A DNA stretch of 63,984 nt, filler included, from Octopus bimaculoides (Eukaryota): the NCBI RefSeq assembly GCF_001194135.2. It is 7 parts of 6 records of this genome, joined end to end, with 100 filler letters (N's around TTAATTAATTAA, not from the genome) between each part and the next. Parts side by side here need not be neighbours in the genome. Positions count along the whole stretch, not along the records: positions 13,885 to 44,894 come from NC_068985.1; 6 more parts are not named here. One strand, written 5' to 3'. This document shows positions 24,234 through 37,057 of the stretch, piece after piece. The position numbers and the translations under genes are program-made. The stretch's first letter is position 1, and every line of letters starts with the position of its first letter. The notes beneath the pieces were generated by a model. It saw only the letters and a program-made list of their open reading frames with translations, searched no databases and was not told where the DNA came from.

Positions 24234-24449
24234 ATTATATTTGCAGATAAATTCCTCTATTTACATAATATCGAGGTCTCTTTCATTCTTTTGTTGTCTT
24301 ACTATTTCTATCAATATATATATANNNNNNNNNNNNNNNNNNNNNNNNNNNNNNNNNNNNNNNNNNNNNNNNNNNNNNNNNNNNNNNNNNNNNNNNNNNN
24401 NNNNNNNNNNNNNNNNNNNNNNNNNNNNNNNNNNNNNNNNNTATATATA

Positions 24450-24527
24450 AGGAGAATTCACAAAAAAACCCCAAAAGATGAAGACAAGTGGTGTAGACGA
24501 CAAACAGATGTATTAGTATTCTTCTAT
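24450..24527 (-). mobile_element. Fragment of the same pLTR-like family as 9931-10053, truncated before the hammerhead
   Basis: 'caaaagatgaagacaagtggtgtagacgacaaacagatgtattag'. Confidence 0.6.
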
Positions 24528-24529
24528 AC

Positions 24530-24868
24530 TTTTATTCTTTTAGTTGTTTCAACACCGCCTTTAGTCGAACAAATCAACCCCAGGACTTATTCTTTGTAAA
24601 CCTAGTACTTATTCTATCGGTCTCTTTGTCGAACTGCTAAGTTACGGGGACATAAACACACCAACATCGGTTGTCAAGCGATGGTGGGGGACAAACACTG
24701 ACACACAAATACACACACACACACATACACACACATTCTCCTGTACCATATCCACAAGCCCTTAGTTGAGCCAGGGCCATAGTGAAAAACATTTGCACGA
24801 GGTGCCGCGCAGTGGGACTAAACCCAAGACCACATGGTTGGGAAGCAAGTTTCTTACCACACAGTGAC
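24530..24868 (-). mobile_element. SINE family A
   Basis: Tail, (CA)n core and tRNA head all collinear with 12432-12777. Confidence 0.85.
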
Positions 24869-24880
24869 GTCTACACCTAC

Positions 24881-24923
<43 letters not shown>

Positions 24924-25269
24924 CTATGTAGTATGCATATACAAATGCAGAAAAACAAGCCGAATATTATATGGATATAAGACCTGTCTCTGGATCACTA
25001 GAAATAGTTTTTATAACCTTTAAAGCCACTCAATGGAAAATACCTTCACTAATTTCATACGCTCGAAGAAATATACATAAATGTTTTACTAATTATACAG
25101 TTTGTTCAAACACTGCCACAGTCCAGCAACTGAAACATGCAATGCAATATAATAAACAAAGAATATATATTTAGATTCGCTGTAAAATAAAGTTCTTGAA
25201 AACCATTTAAGGAAACTTGTGTTGAGGATCGAGTCATTAATCTGTAAATTATACATGTATGGTGAATTG

Positions 25270-25592
25270 GCGATGTCGATAGAGCGATGAAAAATATACT
25301 TTGCGGTATTTGTTCTCGCTCTTTACGTTCTGCGTTCAATCCCGCCTTGGTCAACTTTGTCATTCATCGTTTCAAGGTCAATAAAATATAGTACTAGTCT
25401 CTTAATGGAGTTGACCTTATCGACTTCCTTGAAAATTGTCGGTTTTGCATCCAAAAGCAAAACCCTGTGCATTGTTTGTTGTGGCTGATGACGTTCTGAG
25501 TTCAAATTCCCCCCCAAAGTGATCTTTGCCTTTCGTCTTCCGGAGCTATAAAAGAAAGTACCAACCAAGTCGATAAAATGACCCCCACCCCA
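25270..25592 (+). mobile_element. Two diverged tandem SINE family B copies
   Basis: 'acgttctgcgttcaatcccgcc' and 'acgttctgagttcaaattcc' blocks. Confidence 0.65.
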
Positions 25593-25809
25593 CAAAGAAA
25601 AACACTATTGGACGGATGTCTGAACCAAAAATCATCGTCGTCATCGTCGTCTTTGTTTTTGTTTTAAGTGACTTTTACTACAGTCCGAACCTACGAATAC
25701 CTTGTAATCTAGGTATTAGGAATATATCTCAACTACACGAAATTGTTATTCATTGGGATTCTAATTCTGGTAAAGTTAATATTTGTTTTGGGTTTTCTAG
25801 TTTAGTTGC

Positions 25810-26195
25810 ACATACATACATACATACATACATACATACACACACACATACATACATGCATGCATACATACGTACGTACATACATACATACGTACGTACG
25901 TACATACATACATACATACATACATACATACATGCATACATACATACGTACATACATACATACATACATACATACATACGTACGTACATACACACATACA
26001 TGTTAGAAACCGGCTATTTATTAGCAAGAAATCTTGAAATAAAACTGAATAATGACATACATACATACGTACATACATACATACATACATACATACATAC
26101 ATGCATACATACATACATACATGCATACATACATACGTACATACATACATACATACATGCATGCATACATACATACATACATACATACATACTTA
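25810..26195. repeat. Two (ATAC)n tracts with GCAT/GTAC variants
   Basis: Direct sequence. Confidence 0.95.
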
Positions 26196-26854
26196 TATGA
26201 TGTATGTTTGCATGTGCACGCGTGTGTGCATGTCTGTCTTCTTCTCACCTTACAACCGGTGTTGGCTTGTTTACGCTTCCGTAACTTTGCAGTTCGACGA
26301 AAGGAGAATACGATCAGATTCTAAAATAATACTACCAGACTCTAAAATAAAACATAAATAAGTACTGGAATTGATTTTGTTCGAGTAAATCATTCAAAGC
26401 GCACAAGCAAAAATATAAAAGAATAAAAAAAATAAAACACAAATATACATGAAAGGGGACATATTCTTTGATCTATTACCGGTTTTATTTCTGCCTTGTT
26501 TAGAGAAAAATTTATATCGAAATAAAGTATTTAGAATCCCCAAAATGAAGCCCTTCTTTTAGCTCTATAAGTTACATTAATACATTATAATTAGACAGTC
26601 AAATAAACGCGAAGATTTCATTGAAATCATAGCTGAAATTATATGCGGTCTGTGCATCGGGCGATGACAAAACAACACATATTACGGATGATATTTCAAA
26701 AATGTCCATAAATACACATTTACACCAAAAATAGACGCTCCTCGGAAGATAGACTCACACTAACGTATGTAGTTAAGTATGTATGTATGTATGTATGTAT
26801 GTATGTATGTATGTATGTATGTATGTATGAATGTATGTATGTGTGAACTTGTGC

Positions 26855-26890
<36 letters not shown>

Positions 26891-28576
26891 NNNNNNNNNN
26901 NNNNNNNNNNNNNNNNNNNNNNNNNNNNNNNNNNNNNNNNNNNNNNNNNNNNNNNNNNNNNNNNNNNNNNNNNNNNNNNNNNNNNNNNNNNNNNNNNNNN
27001 NNNNNNNNNNNNNNNNNNNNNNNNNNNNNNNNNNNNNNNNNNNNNNNNNNNNNNNNNNNNNNNNNNNNNNNNNNNNNNNNNNNNNNNNNNNNNNNNNNNN
27101 NNNNNNNNNNNNNNNNNNNNNNNNNNNNNNNNNNNNNNNNNNNNNNNNNNNNNNNNNNNNNNNNNNNNNNNNNNNNNNNNNNNNNNNNNNNNNNNNNNNN
27201 NNNNNNNNNNNNNNNNNNNNNNNNNNNNNNNNNNNNNNNNNNNNNNNNNNNNNNNNNNNNNNNNNNNNNNNNNNNNNNNNNNNNNNNNNNNNNNNNNNNN
27301 NNNNNNNNNNNNNNNNNNNNNNNNNNNNNNNNNNNNNNNNNNNNNNNNNNNNNNNNNNNNNNNNNNNNNNNNNNNNNNNNNNNNNNNNNNNNNNNNNNNN
27401 NNNNNNNNNNNNNNNNNNNNNNNNNNNNNNNNNNNNNNNNNNNNNNNNNNNNNNNNNNNNNNNNNNNNNNNNNNNNNNNNNNNNNNNNNNNNNNNNNNNN
27501 NNNNNNNNNNNNNNNNNNNNNNNNNNNNNNNNNNNNNNNNNNNNNNNNNNNNNNNNNNNNNNNNNNNNNNNNNNNNNNNNNNNNNNNNNNNNNNNNNNNN
27601 NNNNNNNNNNNNNNNNNNNNNNNNNNNNACACACACACACACACACACACATACACACACACATACATCCACACCCACACACCCACACCAATCACATCAC
27701 ATCACATGCTCACGTATTCTTCCTTCTTCCTTTTTCTATTTGGTTTCTACTTTCTCTTTCTCTTTTTCTCCTCCCTCGAATACACTCGCAAACTATTTAT
27801 TTTTCTCTCAGGCCTGTTCCTTCGTTTTAGGATGATTGATGTATTGTTCTTACCAGTCATTCTTGTTATTTTTCACTCTCCTCACTTCTACCTACATATT
27901 CTATATCCTCGCTTAATGACAGGGACTCATACTGATACGGTTGTATATAGGCAAATGCATTTCTAGACAGACACACACTCTCACACATTCAGACGCGTAC
28001 GCTTAACCTCATCTTTACACGTTCTTAGAGACACATACATACATATTTTATTAACGGAGTTAGGTGGATTCTTAAAACTAATGAGTCCTTTTGTCTCGTA
28101 AAGAATAGGAAAATAAGATTGTGTAACCTTTGTGTCTTGCTTGAACAAATCAGTAGCCAAGGCGAAATAAAATGGCTACAAGCAGGAAAACAAAACTAAC
28201 TCGATTTACCAATCTTCTGCCATTGTCAATTCCAACAGATATTCAATTACTATGGAAAACATTTATGCTATATGTTGCCTAATTTATGATGCCAATGTAG
28301 TGTTTGTTTCTTTTATATTTTTATTGATGTCAATTATTTGACCGTTGCCATACTGGAGCACATTTTATATTTTTGTCGATTTTATCGACTGCAGAACTTA
28401 GTTCCTCGTCTGGTATATAGTTTATGGACATATATTTGGTTCGGTTGTTATGTATACATATACGCATATATACACACACAGTGCAAATATAATGAATTAT
28501 AAATAAAGAACAAAAAAGGATTAAGGTTTTATCAAATAAGGTTTTAATTTAAGGCTGTAATGGAAAGAGAAAAATA

Positions 28577-28612
28577 TTCTAACGTTTCGGACGTTGGTCC
28601 CTCTTAAGAAGG
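28577..28612 (-). ncRNA. Degenerate minimal hammerhead motif
   Basis: CUUAAGA (G5 altered)-G-GGAC(CAAC)GUCC-GAAAC-GUU-AGAA. Confidence 0.45.
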
Positions 28613-28983
28613 AGGGAGAAATAAATAGTCAGAGAGGGAAGAATGGGCGAAGGGTTACGAGACGAGGTGTGAATGTTGTTCTGTGGAGAGGGAGAATTGA
28701 GAAGGGAAGAAACAGTGAGTGTGTTGTATATATATGAATACAAGCGTGTATCTGTATCTGAAAGTAGTGTGATGTATGAGCGTGCGTGTAATTGTTAGGG
28801 GCGTGATGTGAAGACGTATGTGCGAAGAAAGTGGGACCGGGTGCAAGGGGGAAATGATATTAGGAACTGGGATGGTGAGAGAAATGTGCGAGGTATGATT
28901 AATGTGTACATACATATATTGTATGTATGTATGTATGTATGTATGTATGTGTGTCGGCACGTACATACACACAATACATAATA

Positions 28984-29029
<46 letters not shown>

Positions 29030-29074
29030 ATACACATACATGCACACATAATACGTAATATGGGTGTTTTGTAT

Positions 29075-29107
<33 letters not shown>

Positions 29108-29113
<6 letters not shown>

Positions 29114-29190
29114 CGACGGACTTCTTTCAATTTCCGTCTACCAAATCCACTCACAAGGCTTTGGTCGGCCCGAGGCTATAGTAGAAGGCC
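29108..29190 (-). mobile_element. SINE family A internal fragment
   Basis: 'ccgtctaccaaatccactcacaaggctttggtcggcccgaggctatagtagaag'. Confidence 0.8.
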
Positions 29191-30699
29191 CATATATACA
29201 CACATGCACGGATATATTCACAAATACACACATATACGTATCTATACACACATATATATACACATACATACATGCACACATACATGTATATATATGTATA
29301 TATGTATGTATGTGTATGTGTGTGCATGTATGTATGTATCTATGTATTCATATCTGTAGTAAGAATGCATGTCTCATATGTGCACAAGAAAATGATGGGC
29401 AGCGTTGATCTTGGTCTTAATGTTGCATCACCTTTCTGTATTGCTTTGGGCTTGGTTTGCAATTATTGTCGGTGAAGCCCTTAGAGGAATCTCTAATTTT
29501 GTCCCACAGATGTTTGACTGCTGTACTATCTCTAGTTTCCGTTCTTGTAGAGAGATATGTTATGATGATACCACTGGCATCTTTCATCACTTATTTTGTT
29601 TTGTGCTGATTTCCATTCAAAATTTGATGGACGCTTTATCAAGATAGCTGTTTAAATGTCCCGAATTATCAATACTTCCTTCTAGTTCATCAAAGTTGTT
29701 AGTAAATCATAGATTTGTGATATTGTCTCTTCTGCTGACTGAGCCAGCATTTGGTGTTTCTCGCACAGGAGGCACAAGTTGGAGATCTGCTCATTAGGGC
29801 TTCATCTTTAACGAAAACTTTGCGTCCGTTGTGATCAAAAAGCGACAGGCTATTCGAAACGACGTATTAAGAGTGTTTATGTAGCTTTGTGTGACCGTAC
29901 AAACAGGAAAATGCAAAGAGTTTATTTATTCATTCGATGCAATCCATCTGTGTTAAGGCGAATGTAAATAATACATCTGTAATATCATCGTGAACAGAAA
30001 AACAGGGAACAATTGGAATTGTCGTTAGTGACTGCGTACCCTCTTAAACTATCCAAGTGTCTCAGAAATAGTAGATAAAGTACATCGTTCCGAGGTACTA
30101 TAACCAACAACGAACTCCACTGAGAAAGCAATTCGGTGGCTTGCGTATCGACGCATGATAAACCAACACAAATACATATAAGGAATGCAATAATCCTACA
30201 TGATTAATGAACTGTAGAGAAAGAACTGATGGGAGGCGTTTGCGTTGTTCCTGTGGATTCATTCGGACTATACGAGCTAATTCCGTTTGTTTTCGTTTTG
30301 ATTTTTTGAGAAGAGCTATTTCATTCTTCCAAAAATAATAACCCAACTAATGTAGGCGTAGGTGAGAGAGTGTCACGTATATTGTTTACATGAAATTATG
30401 AGAAGGCATTGTCGTCGCTTCCAATTTCAATCGCAATTTACTTTCATCTTTTGGGAGCAATTTACTTCCACTTTTTTACGACGCTAAACTGCATGTTAAC
30501 CCGTTTCTTTTTCTTCCATCTTTTCTATCGTTTAAAAACGGCTCAGCCCTTTTGATCTAAATCCGGCACTAAAACATTCTCTCAATCCTTTCTTTCTAGA
30601 ACGATGACATCCTGGTATTCACTCTCATCACGTCCAGACTTTTCATCTAAATATTGGCGTACAAAGATTGGCGCTCAGTATGAAATATATCAATCTTAC

Positions 30700-30757
30700 C
30701 AGTCTGGGTGGGGGCTGGAAGAGTAATTTGCATTGTCCATCCTCAATTTCCTAACTT
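30700..30757 (-). CDS. Candidate 58-nt exon (EVRKLRMDNANYSSSPHPD), gene unidentified
   Basis: ~30-nt pyrimidine tract + TAG acceptor, CTG|GTAAGA donor, one open frame (phase 1 to 2). Confidence 0.35.
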
Positions 30758-30923
30758 CTAAAAATATGAAAAATAGGAGAGTAAAAAAAATTATCTAACA
30801 AGAGTGATGACGTTATCACGGATGGAATAAGACAGAATTGATGTTGCTGGCGATATATAGAAAAAGAGAGAAAAGAGAATTTGTGTTTTTGTGAGAAAGA
30901 GTATGTACGTCTATTTGAGAGAG

Positions 30924-30966
<43 letters not shown>

Positions 30967-31384
30967 AGAGAGAGTATGTTTGTAAATGAGAGAGAGAATG
31001 ATAAACGATTGACCTGGATAAAGAGAAAGAAAGAAAGGAAAGGAGGAAAGAAAGAAATAATAAAGAGAATAGTGAGAGAGATACAGTATGCAGCGAGATT
31101 ATTTCACGGGATCAACGTACAAGAAAAGAAAGCCATGTTATTTTATTTAGTATTGTAAATCAACCATATTATTTTACTTAATGTTGAAGTGCAGATGGAC
31201 TGAAGCATGAACATCGAACAAATAAGTGAACTCTATAACTATTCTCCTCAACCCACATAAACCCACATAAAGACATTATACATATCCACACAAACCCACC
31301 CACCCAGCCACCAACCACCCCCACACAATATAAATGTTTATACATTATATATATATATATATATAAATATACACACACACAAAA

Positions 31385-31459
31385 TGATATCATATTATAT
31401 TATATTATATTATATTATATTATATTATATCATATTATATAATATCATATTATATATAT
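31385..31459. repeat. (ATATT)n pentanucleotide repeat running into a gap
   Basis: Direct sequence. Confidence 0.9.
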
Positions 31460-32524
31460 NNNNNNNNNNNNNNNNNNNNNNNNNNNNNNNNNNNNNNNNN
31501 NNNNNNNNNNNNNNNNNNNNNNNNNNNNNNNNNNNNNNNNNNNNNNNNNNNNNNNNNNNNNNNNNNNNNNNNNNNNNNNNNNNNNNNNNNNNNNNNNNNN
31601 NNNNNNNNNNNNNNNNNNNNNNNNNNNNNNNNNNNNNNNNNNNNNNNNNNNNNNNNNNNNNNNNNNNNNNNNNNNNNNNNNNNNNNNNNNNNNNNNNNNN
31701 NNNNNNNNNNNNNNNNNNNNNNNNNNNNNNNNNNNNNNNNNNNNNNNNNNNNNNNNNNNNNNNNNNNNNNNNNNNNNNNNNNNNNNNNNNNNNNNNNNNN
31801 NNNNNNNNNNNNNNNNNNNNNNNNNNNNNNNNNNNNNNNNNNNNNNNNNNNNNNNNNNNNNNNNNNNNNNNNNNNNNNNNNNNNNNNNNNNNNNNNNNNN
31901 NNNNNNNNNNNNNNNNNNNNNNNNNNNNNNNNNNNNNNNNNNNNNNNNNNNNNNNNNNNNNNNNNNNNNNNNNNNNNNNNNNNNNNNNNNNNNNNNNNNN
32001 NNNNNNNNNNNNNNNNNNNNNNNNNNNNNNNNNNNNNNNNNNNNNNNNNNNNNNNNNNNNNNNNNNNNNNNNNNNNNNNNNNNNNNNNNNNNNNNNNNNN
32101 NNNNNNNNNNNNNNNNNNNNNNNNNNNNNNNNNNNNNNNNNNNNNNNNNNNNNNNNNNNNNNNNNNNNNNNNNNNNNATAATAATAATAATAATAATAAT
32201 AAAGAATACATAAATGAAAAATGAAGGTATAGCATGTGGGGCATGCAAAAATATAAAAAAAGATGTATGTCAAAAAACCCTTAAAAATACAAGGTACACA
32301 AAGAGCCTACAAACATTATAAATAGGTAGCTATAGACACTCCAATGCATATATATATGTGTGGGTTCGTGTGCACAACCTTACTCGGATGTCCCCTTACT
32401 CCCATGTGTGCATATACAAGTTTTTATAAGCAAACATTCCGCCACATACGTTGTTTGTGGCATCAGCGCTATTAGCCGTATCTAGAAAGCTGTAAGTGTT
32501 AAAACTTCCTTTCTAAAGGGGAGG

Positions 32525-32697
32525 GGGCCAGTTAATTACATCGACCCCAGTACGCACTGGTACTTAATTTATCGACTCCGAAAGGATGAAAGGCAAAGTC
32601 GACCTCGGCGGAATTTGAACTCAGAACGTAAAGACAGAGACGAAATACCGCTAAGCATTTCGCCCGGCGTACTAACATTACTGCCAGCTCACCGCCT
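32525..32697 (-). mobile_element. SINE family B, well preserved
   Basis: Very similar to 8650-8818. Confidence 0.9.
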
Positions 32698-32714
32698 TTC
32701 CAAGTGCACTAATT

Positions 32715-33950
32715 ACTATTGGTATCTCGTCTACTCTCCTCATTGACCACAACCTTCGTATTTCCCACTTCAAATGGTCATAGTTTATTTTTTTCTTTTT
32801 CTTTTACGTTGATCTTGTCACCGGGGCATGTTATATCGATTATCATACATGTTCTTTCTTTTCTATTCACCGCAACAATGTCCGGTTTCCAAAGTCTGTC
32901 GAGTGATCGCAATGGGTCATTACATCCCACAATATTTTGCATTTCTTATTCTCGGTGACTCCTTCTGGTATTTGCTTATACTACATATTTGCTCTTTGCA
33001 GGCTGTCATTTTCACAGGGCTCCCAACGGATCATTTTTGCCGCATCGTCATGACGTCTTTTATATTCGCGTTGTGCCAATGTCGGGCGTTCGCTAACGAT
33101 GTGCCATAACGTTTCACCTCTCTCACCACACATTCAGCATTTGTCACTGTCGGGAGTGTTGTCTATTCTGAACTTCACATAGTTGGTCCTTAACGCTTGT
33201 TTTTGAGCTGCACATATGAGTGCTTCTGTCTTTATCTTCAGGTCACTCCTCCTCATCTATATCCACCGGTCTTCTGTATCTGCCTTTGCGTACACATCTC
33301 TTGGAAACTGACCATATATTTTCTTTTCTTCTTATGCTTTTTCTTTTTTTTTTTTGTTCATTTCTTGTTTAAATTTTTCTTTCATTACACAATTTTTCGT
33401 TTTGATGACACCGGCCTTCTTCGTATGTTTCAACAATGGCTCCACGGCATTTTTCATATACCATCCTAAGCTGTTTTCCTCCACTTCGATAATGTCCTGG
33501 CAACTGATTAAACTCCCCCCACCCTTTCTTCTGGACAAGTAAAGCCTATTGGTGTCACTCTTAGGGTTTAAGGCTCCGTGTTCTGTCAACACTTTTCTTG
33601 TCTTGGTATCCATTTTCTTCACTTCTCTCTTTTGCTATGTTATAATTCCCGCTCCATACCGAAGTGATGCTATCGCCCACGTATTGAGTGCTTGAATTTT
33701 ATTCCATCCAGTCAATTTTGAGCGCAACACCAATACTCCATTCTCAGTTGCCCTTTCATTTCCTTTTCCATTATCTTGTTGAACTCTAGTACATCAATGT
33801 ATTTTTATCCTCTCGTTTCAATTTGTTTAATCAAGTCTCTGTTCGGTAATTCTATCCTTGCTAGAGTCTGTACCTTGCCTCTCTTTAGGTAATTTATTCC
33901 ACACTTCTTGAGTCCAAACTCCATTCTAATATCGGTACTAAAACATTGGT
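32715..33950 (-). mobile_element. R4/Dong-clade LINE fragment (RT C-terminus, CCHC knuckle, RLE domain), degenerate
   Basis: MEFGLKKC, LRYGAG, RLYLSRRKGG, RRHDD, KILWDV motifs; 5' truncation abuts (TAA)n. Confidence 0.85.
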
Positions 33951-33954
33951 TATT

Positions 33955-34004
<50 letters not shown>

Positions 34005-34041
34005 CATTATTATTATTATTATTATCATTATTATTATTATT
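33950..34041. repeat. (TTA)n microsatellite
   Basis: Direct sequence. Confidence 0.95.
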
Positions 34042-34165
34042 TTGGTTTGACTCAAGTCCTGTCCAATTCCTGGTAGGATTTATGTGTAGCAGGTTACTAG
34101 CTGCAAGCTTAGATATCCACAAGTCTTCAGTAGTCTTTTAAGTGCTTAGAACCCGCCTGTTTCTT
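34041..34165 (-). mobile_element. Probable 3' end of another non-LTR element terminating in (AAT)n
   Basis: Minus strand reads ...RRVLST*... then a short UTR then (AAT)n. Confidence 0.45.
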
Positions 34166-35614
34166 GTTGTTGTTGTTGTTGTTGTTGTTGAAATCTTAAA
34201 CATCTTAAATTGTAAACCTCAGTTTCATGTTCGTGATTATTCAAACCACTGAAGTAATGAAACTACATGAATTATTGAAGCAAACATATTGGTAAGCACA
34301 TCGATATATGATTAGTCATCGAGATTTGATTGGTTTTTATAAAAAATATTGGTAAATGGTTCACACAAGCATCCGTTTAATTGTGTTATATTCATCTAAT
34401 CACATGGAAAAGCACAATATTGTTAATTATATAGATAATAACTTTTTGTTGCTTATTTACCTTCAGTTGAGGATGTCATCAAATCGGTGCCGTTACCAGT
34501 TGTGATGGATGAAACTTCTTCAATTTCACCTCATGTATAGCAATTTAATGAGTCCTACTTTCTGCTCGTCGTGGATATTCAACTAGAATGTAGTTTCCGG
34601 CATGCTGACTGTGAGGTCTAACATCTCGTAATCCAGAGCAAATACATCAGAGTTAGTTATAAATGAAATGCAGCTAATGGCACAATATTGATGTTGACAT
34701 ATAATGCACTTTAGAGATCATGGGTGTGGATATGTCTTTTTCTCCTGTAAGTCTTGAAACATTCCCTGAATCGTAACTCCTGCATCAGTACGTAGGAGTT
34801 TGACATTACTTGGTCTTCGAATAATATGCATTCATGGCATAATTATTCTAAGACGTCTGGAAGCCTGTCTGATTGGAGAGAGATTCCAACACGAACTCTT
34901 CTCTTTGTACATCAGAAACGGGGAGAGCCTGAACTACTGACCTTCAATTGTTATTCGTAGTGCTTCTGAGAACGCCCTAATCTCCCATTGAGCGAAATGA
35001 TGGGGTTACAGGTTCAATCATTAGTGATTTGGTCACTAATCGGATACTCCGGACATAACATATGAACTAAAAATAAACACTTCAGTGTATCGGTTAAACA
35101 GTCTTTTAGGCAGAATGACCCTACATTGTTTCGATTTTCTAATTATAAATTAATTTATAATTTTCAGTTGAAGGAACGTATAAACTATAAATTCAACTCA
35201 AGGCAGTTCGGCTAATCATTATTTTAGACAGAATTTAAGTCGTCCCAATTTCCTATACATTCCAATTGTTAAAAATAATTATCAATTAAGAAACAATACA
35301 TGGAAGTAACAAATAAACTATAAACCCAAGTAGCAGTGTCTCGGTTAATTTTCATTTATGAGGGAATTTGGATACTTCATCGATTCCATTTGGCATATAG
35401 TCAATTGCGTGAAATAATTATTAATTAAGAAAGAGGCGATTGAAGAAATAAATGAGCTATAAATACATGTATCGGAATTTCGGTTAATCCTGCTTGTAGA
35501 CGAAATTTTCATATTAAATTCTCTAAATTTTGAAAAAATTCCAATTGTTAGGAATAATTATTAATTAAAGTTGAGAATAATATCGTAAAATAATTACTAT
35601 CATAGAAGGGTGTT

Positions 35615-35760
35615 GCACACATGAATGTAAGGCTGTGGTTTCGATACCTTGTGTTATATCCTTGAGCAAAACACTTCATTTCACATTCCTCCAGACCATT
35701 AAACTGGCAAGAATGATTAATTCTGAGATAAAGCGGCGTCCAGTTCACGGTTGTGGGAAT
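35615..35760 (+). mobile_element. SINE family C remnant
   Basis: 'tccttgagcaaaacacttcatttcacatt'. Confidence 0.55.
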
Positions 35761-36099
35761 ATATACCTCACAAAATCCAGGACACATGACCTAATGAGCC
35801 CATGGATCAGGAAGAATCTTGATCCTTTTGTGATGTATGCATCTACGAATACACACATACATATGTACGTACATACATACATACATATACATACATATTT
35901 ATTCATACAAACAGACAGATACACGCACACACACATACATCTTTATATAATACATACACACATATATTGTTGATGTCATAAACGTCGTAAGAATTTATAT
36001 ATAAACCGACATATATCTATATATAAATTGAACATGGGCGACCGTTGTATTCTTTCTTGTCTCGAGGTTCACGGCCAAACGGCTGGGTGGATTCGCGTG

Positions 36100-36152
<53 letters not shown>

Positions 36153-36227
36153 CAGCACACGAGGTGCCTACTTGCTACAGAAAGGAGCTAAAACATCAAC
36201 TAAATATCTACATGAATATTCGTTTGA

Positions 36228-36259
<32 letters not shown>

Positions 36260-36716
36260 ATATACAAATAGGTACATATGTACGTAGTACGTATGTATGT
36301 ATGTATGTGTGTTTGCGTGTGTATTGTAAACGGGAATATATGTATATCGTAATTTTCATACGTTGCACTTCCAATTGTCTTTCTAGCTATCTCACAAATA
36401 CGCCTCTCCTTCACACTATGACCTCTTTGTCTTTTCAATTGATCTCCAAGTATTGCTAATTATATTTGCACTTCAGCCTGCAGCTCCTTGACCAATAGAT
36501 AAACATCGTTGCTCCAATGCAGACGTATTCTAGGTGGAGATGCTCTGGGCGACATTAGTAAAAGATCTTAATTAAATTCTTAGTTGATGTGTTATTTGTA
36601 AGGCAACACTGTAACATACGCACTCGTAGACAACATATGCATACGCTCATGGACATAATTATTAACACACATAGCAACACAGACATATTCAGTTAATCTC
36701 CTCTAAAACATGGATG

Positions 36717-36768
<52 letters not shown>

Positions 36769-37019
36769 GTGTGTGTGTGTCTGTACCTATGTGTACATTT
36801 ATATATATANNNNNNNNNNNNNNNNNNNNNNNNNNNNNNNNNNNNNNNNNNNNNNNNNNNNNNNNNNNNNNNNNNNNNNNNNNNNNNNNNNNNNNNNNNN
36901 NNNNNNNNNNNNNNNNNNNNNNNNNNNNNNNNNNNNNNNNNNNNNNNNNNNNNNNNNNNNNNNNNNNNNNNNNNNNNNNNNNNNNNNNNNNNNNNNNNNN
37001 NNNNNNNNNNNNNNNNNNN

Positions 37020-37057
<38 letters not shown>

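Noticed and set aside
27910-27950. Possible hammerhead remnant (taatga...gatac)
   Set aside because: Both core segments are damaged and stems are unconvincing.
29830-29870. GAAAC-gac-GUA with upstream gtgatca as a hammerhead
   Set aside because: Core has two non-canonical positions and there is no stem I.
34461-35066. 606-nt minus-strand phase-1/1 pseudo-exon with Ig-like DAG/HAGNY words
   Set aside because: About 10 stops in 201 codons in the implied frame, which is random expectation; the motifs lie in different frames.
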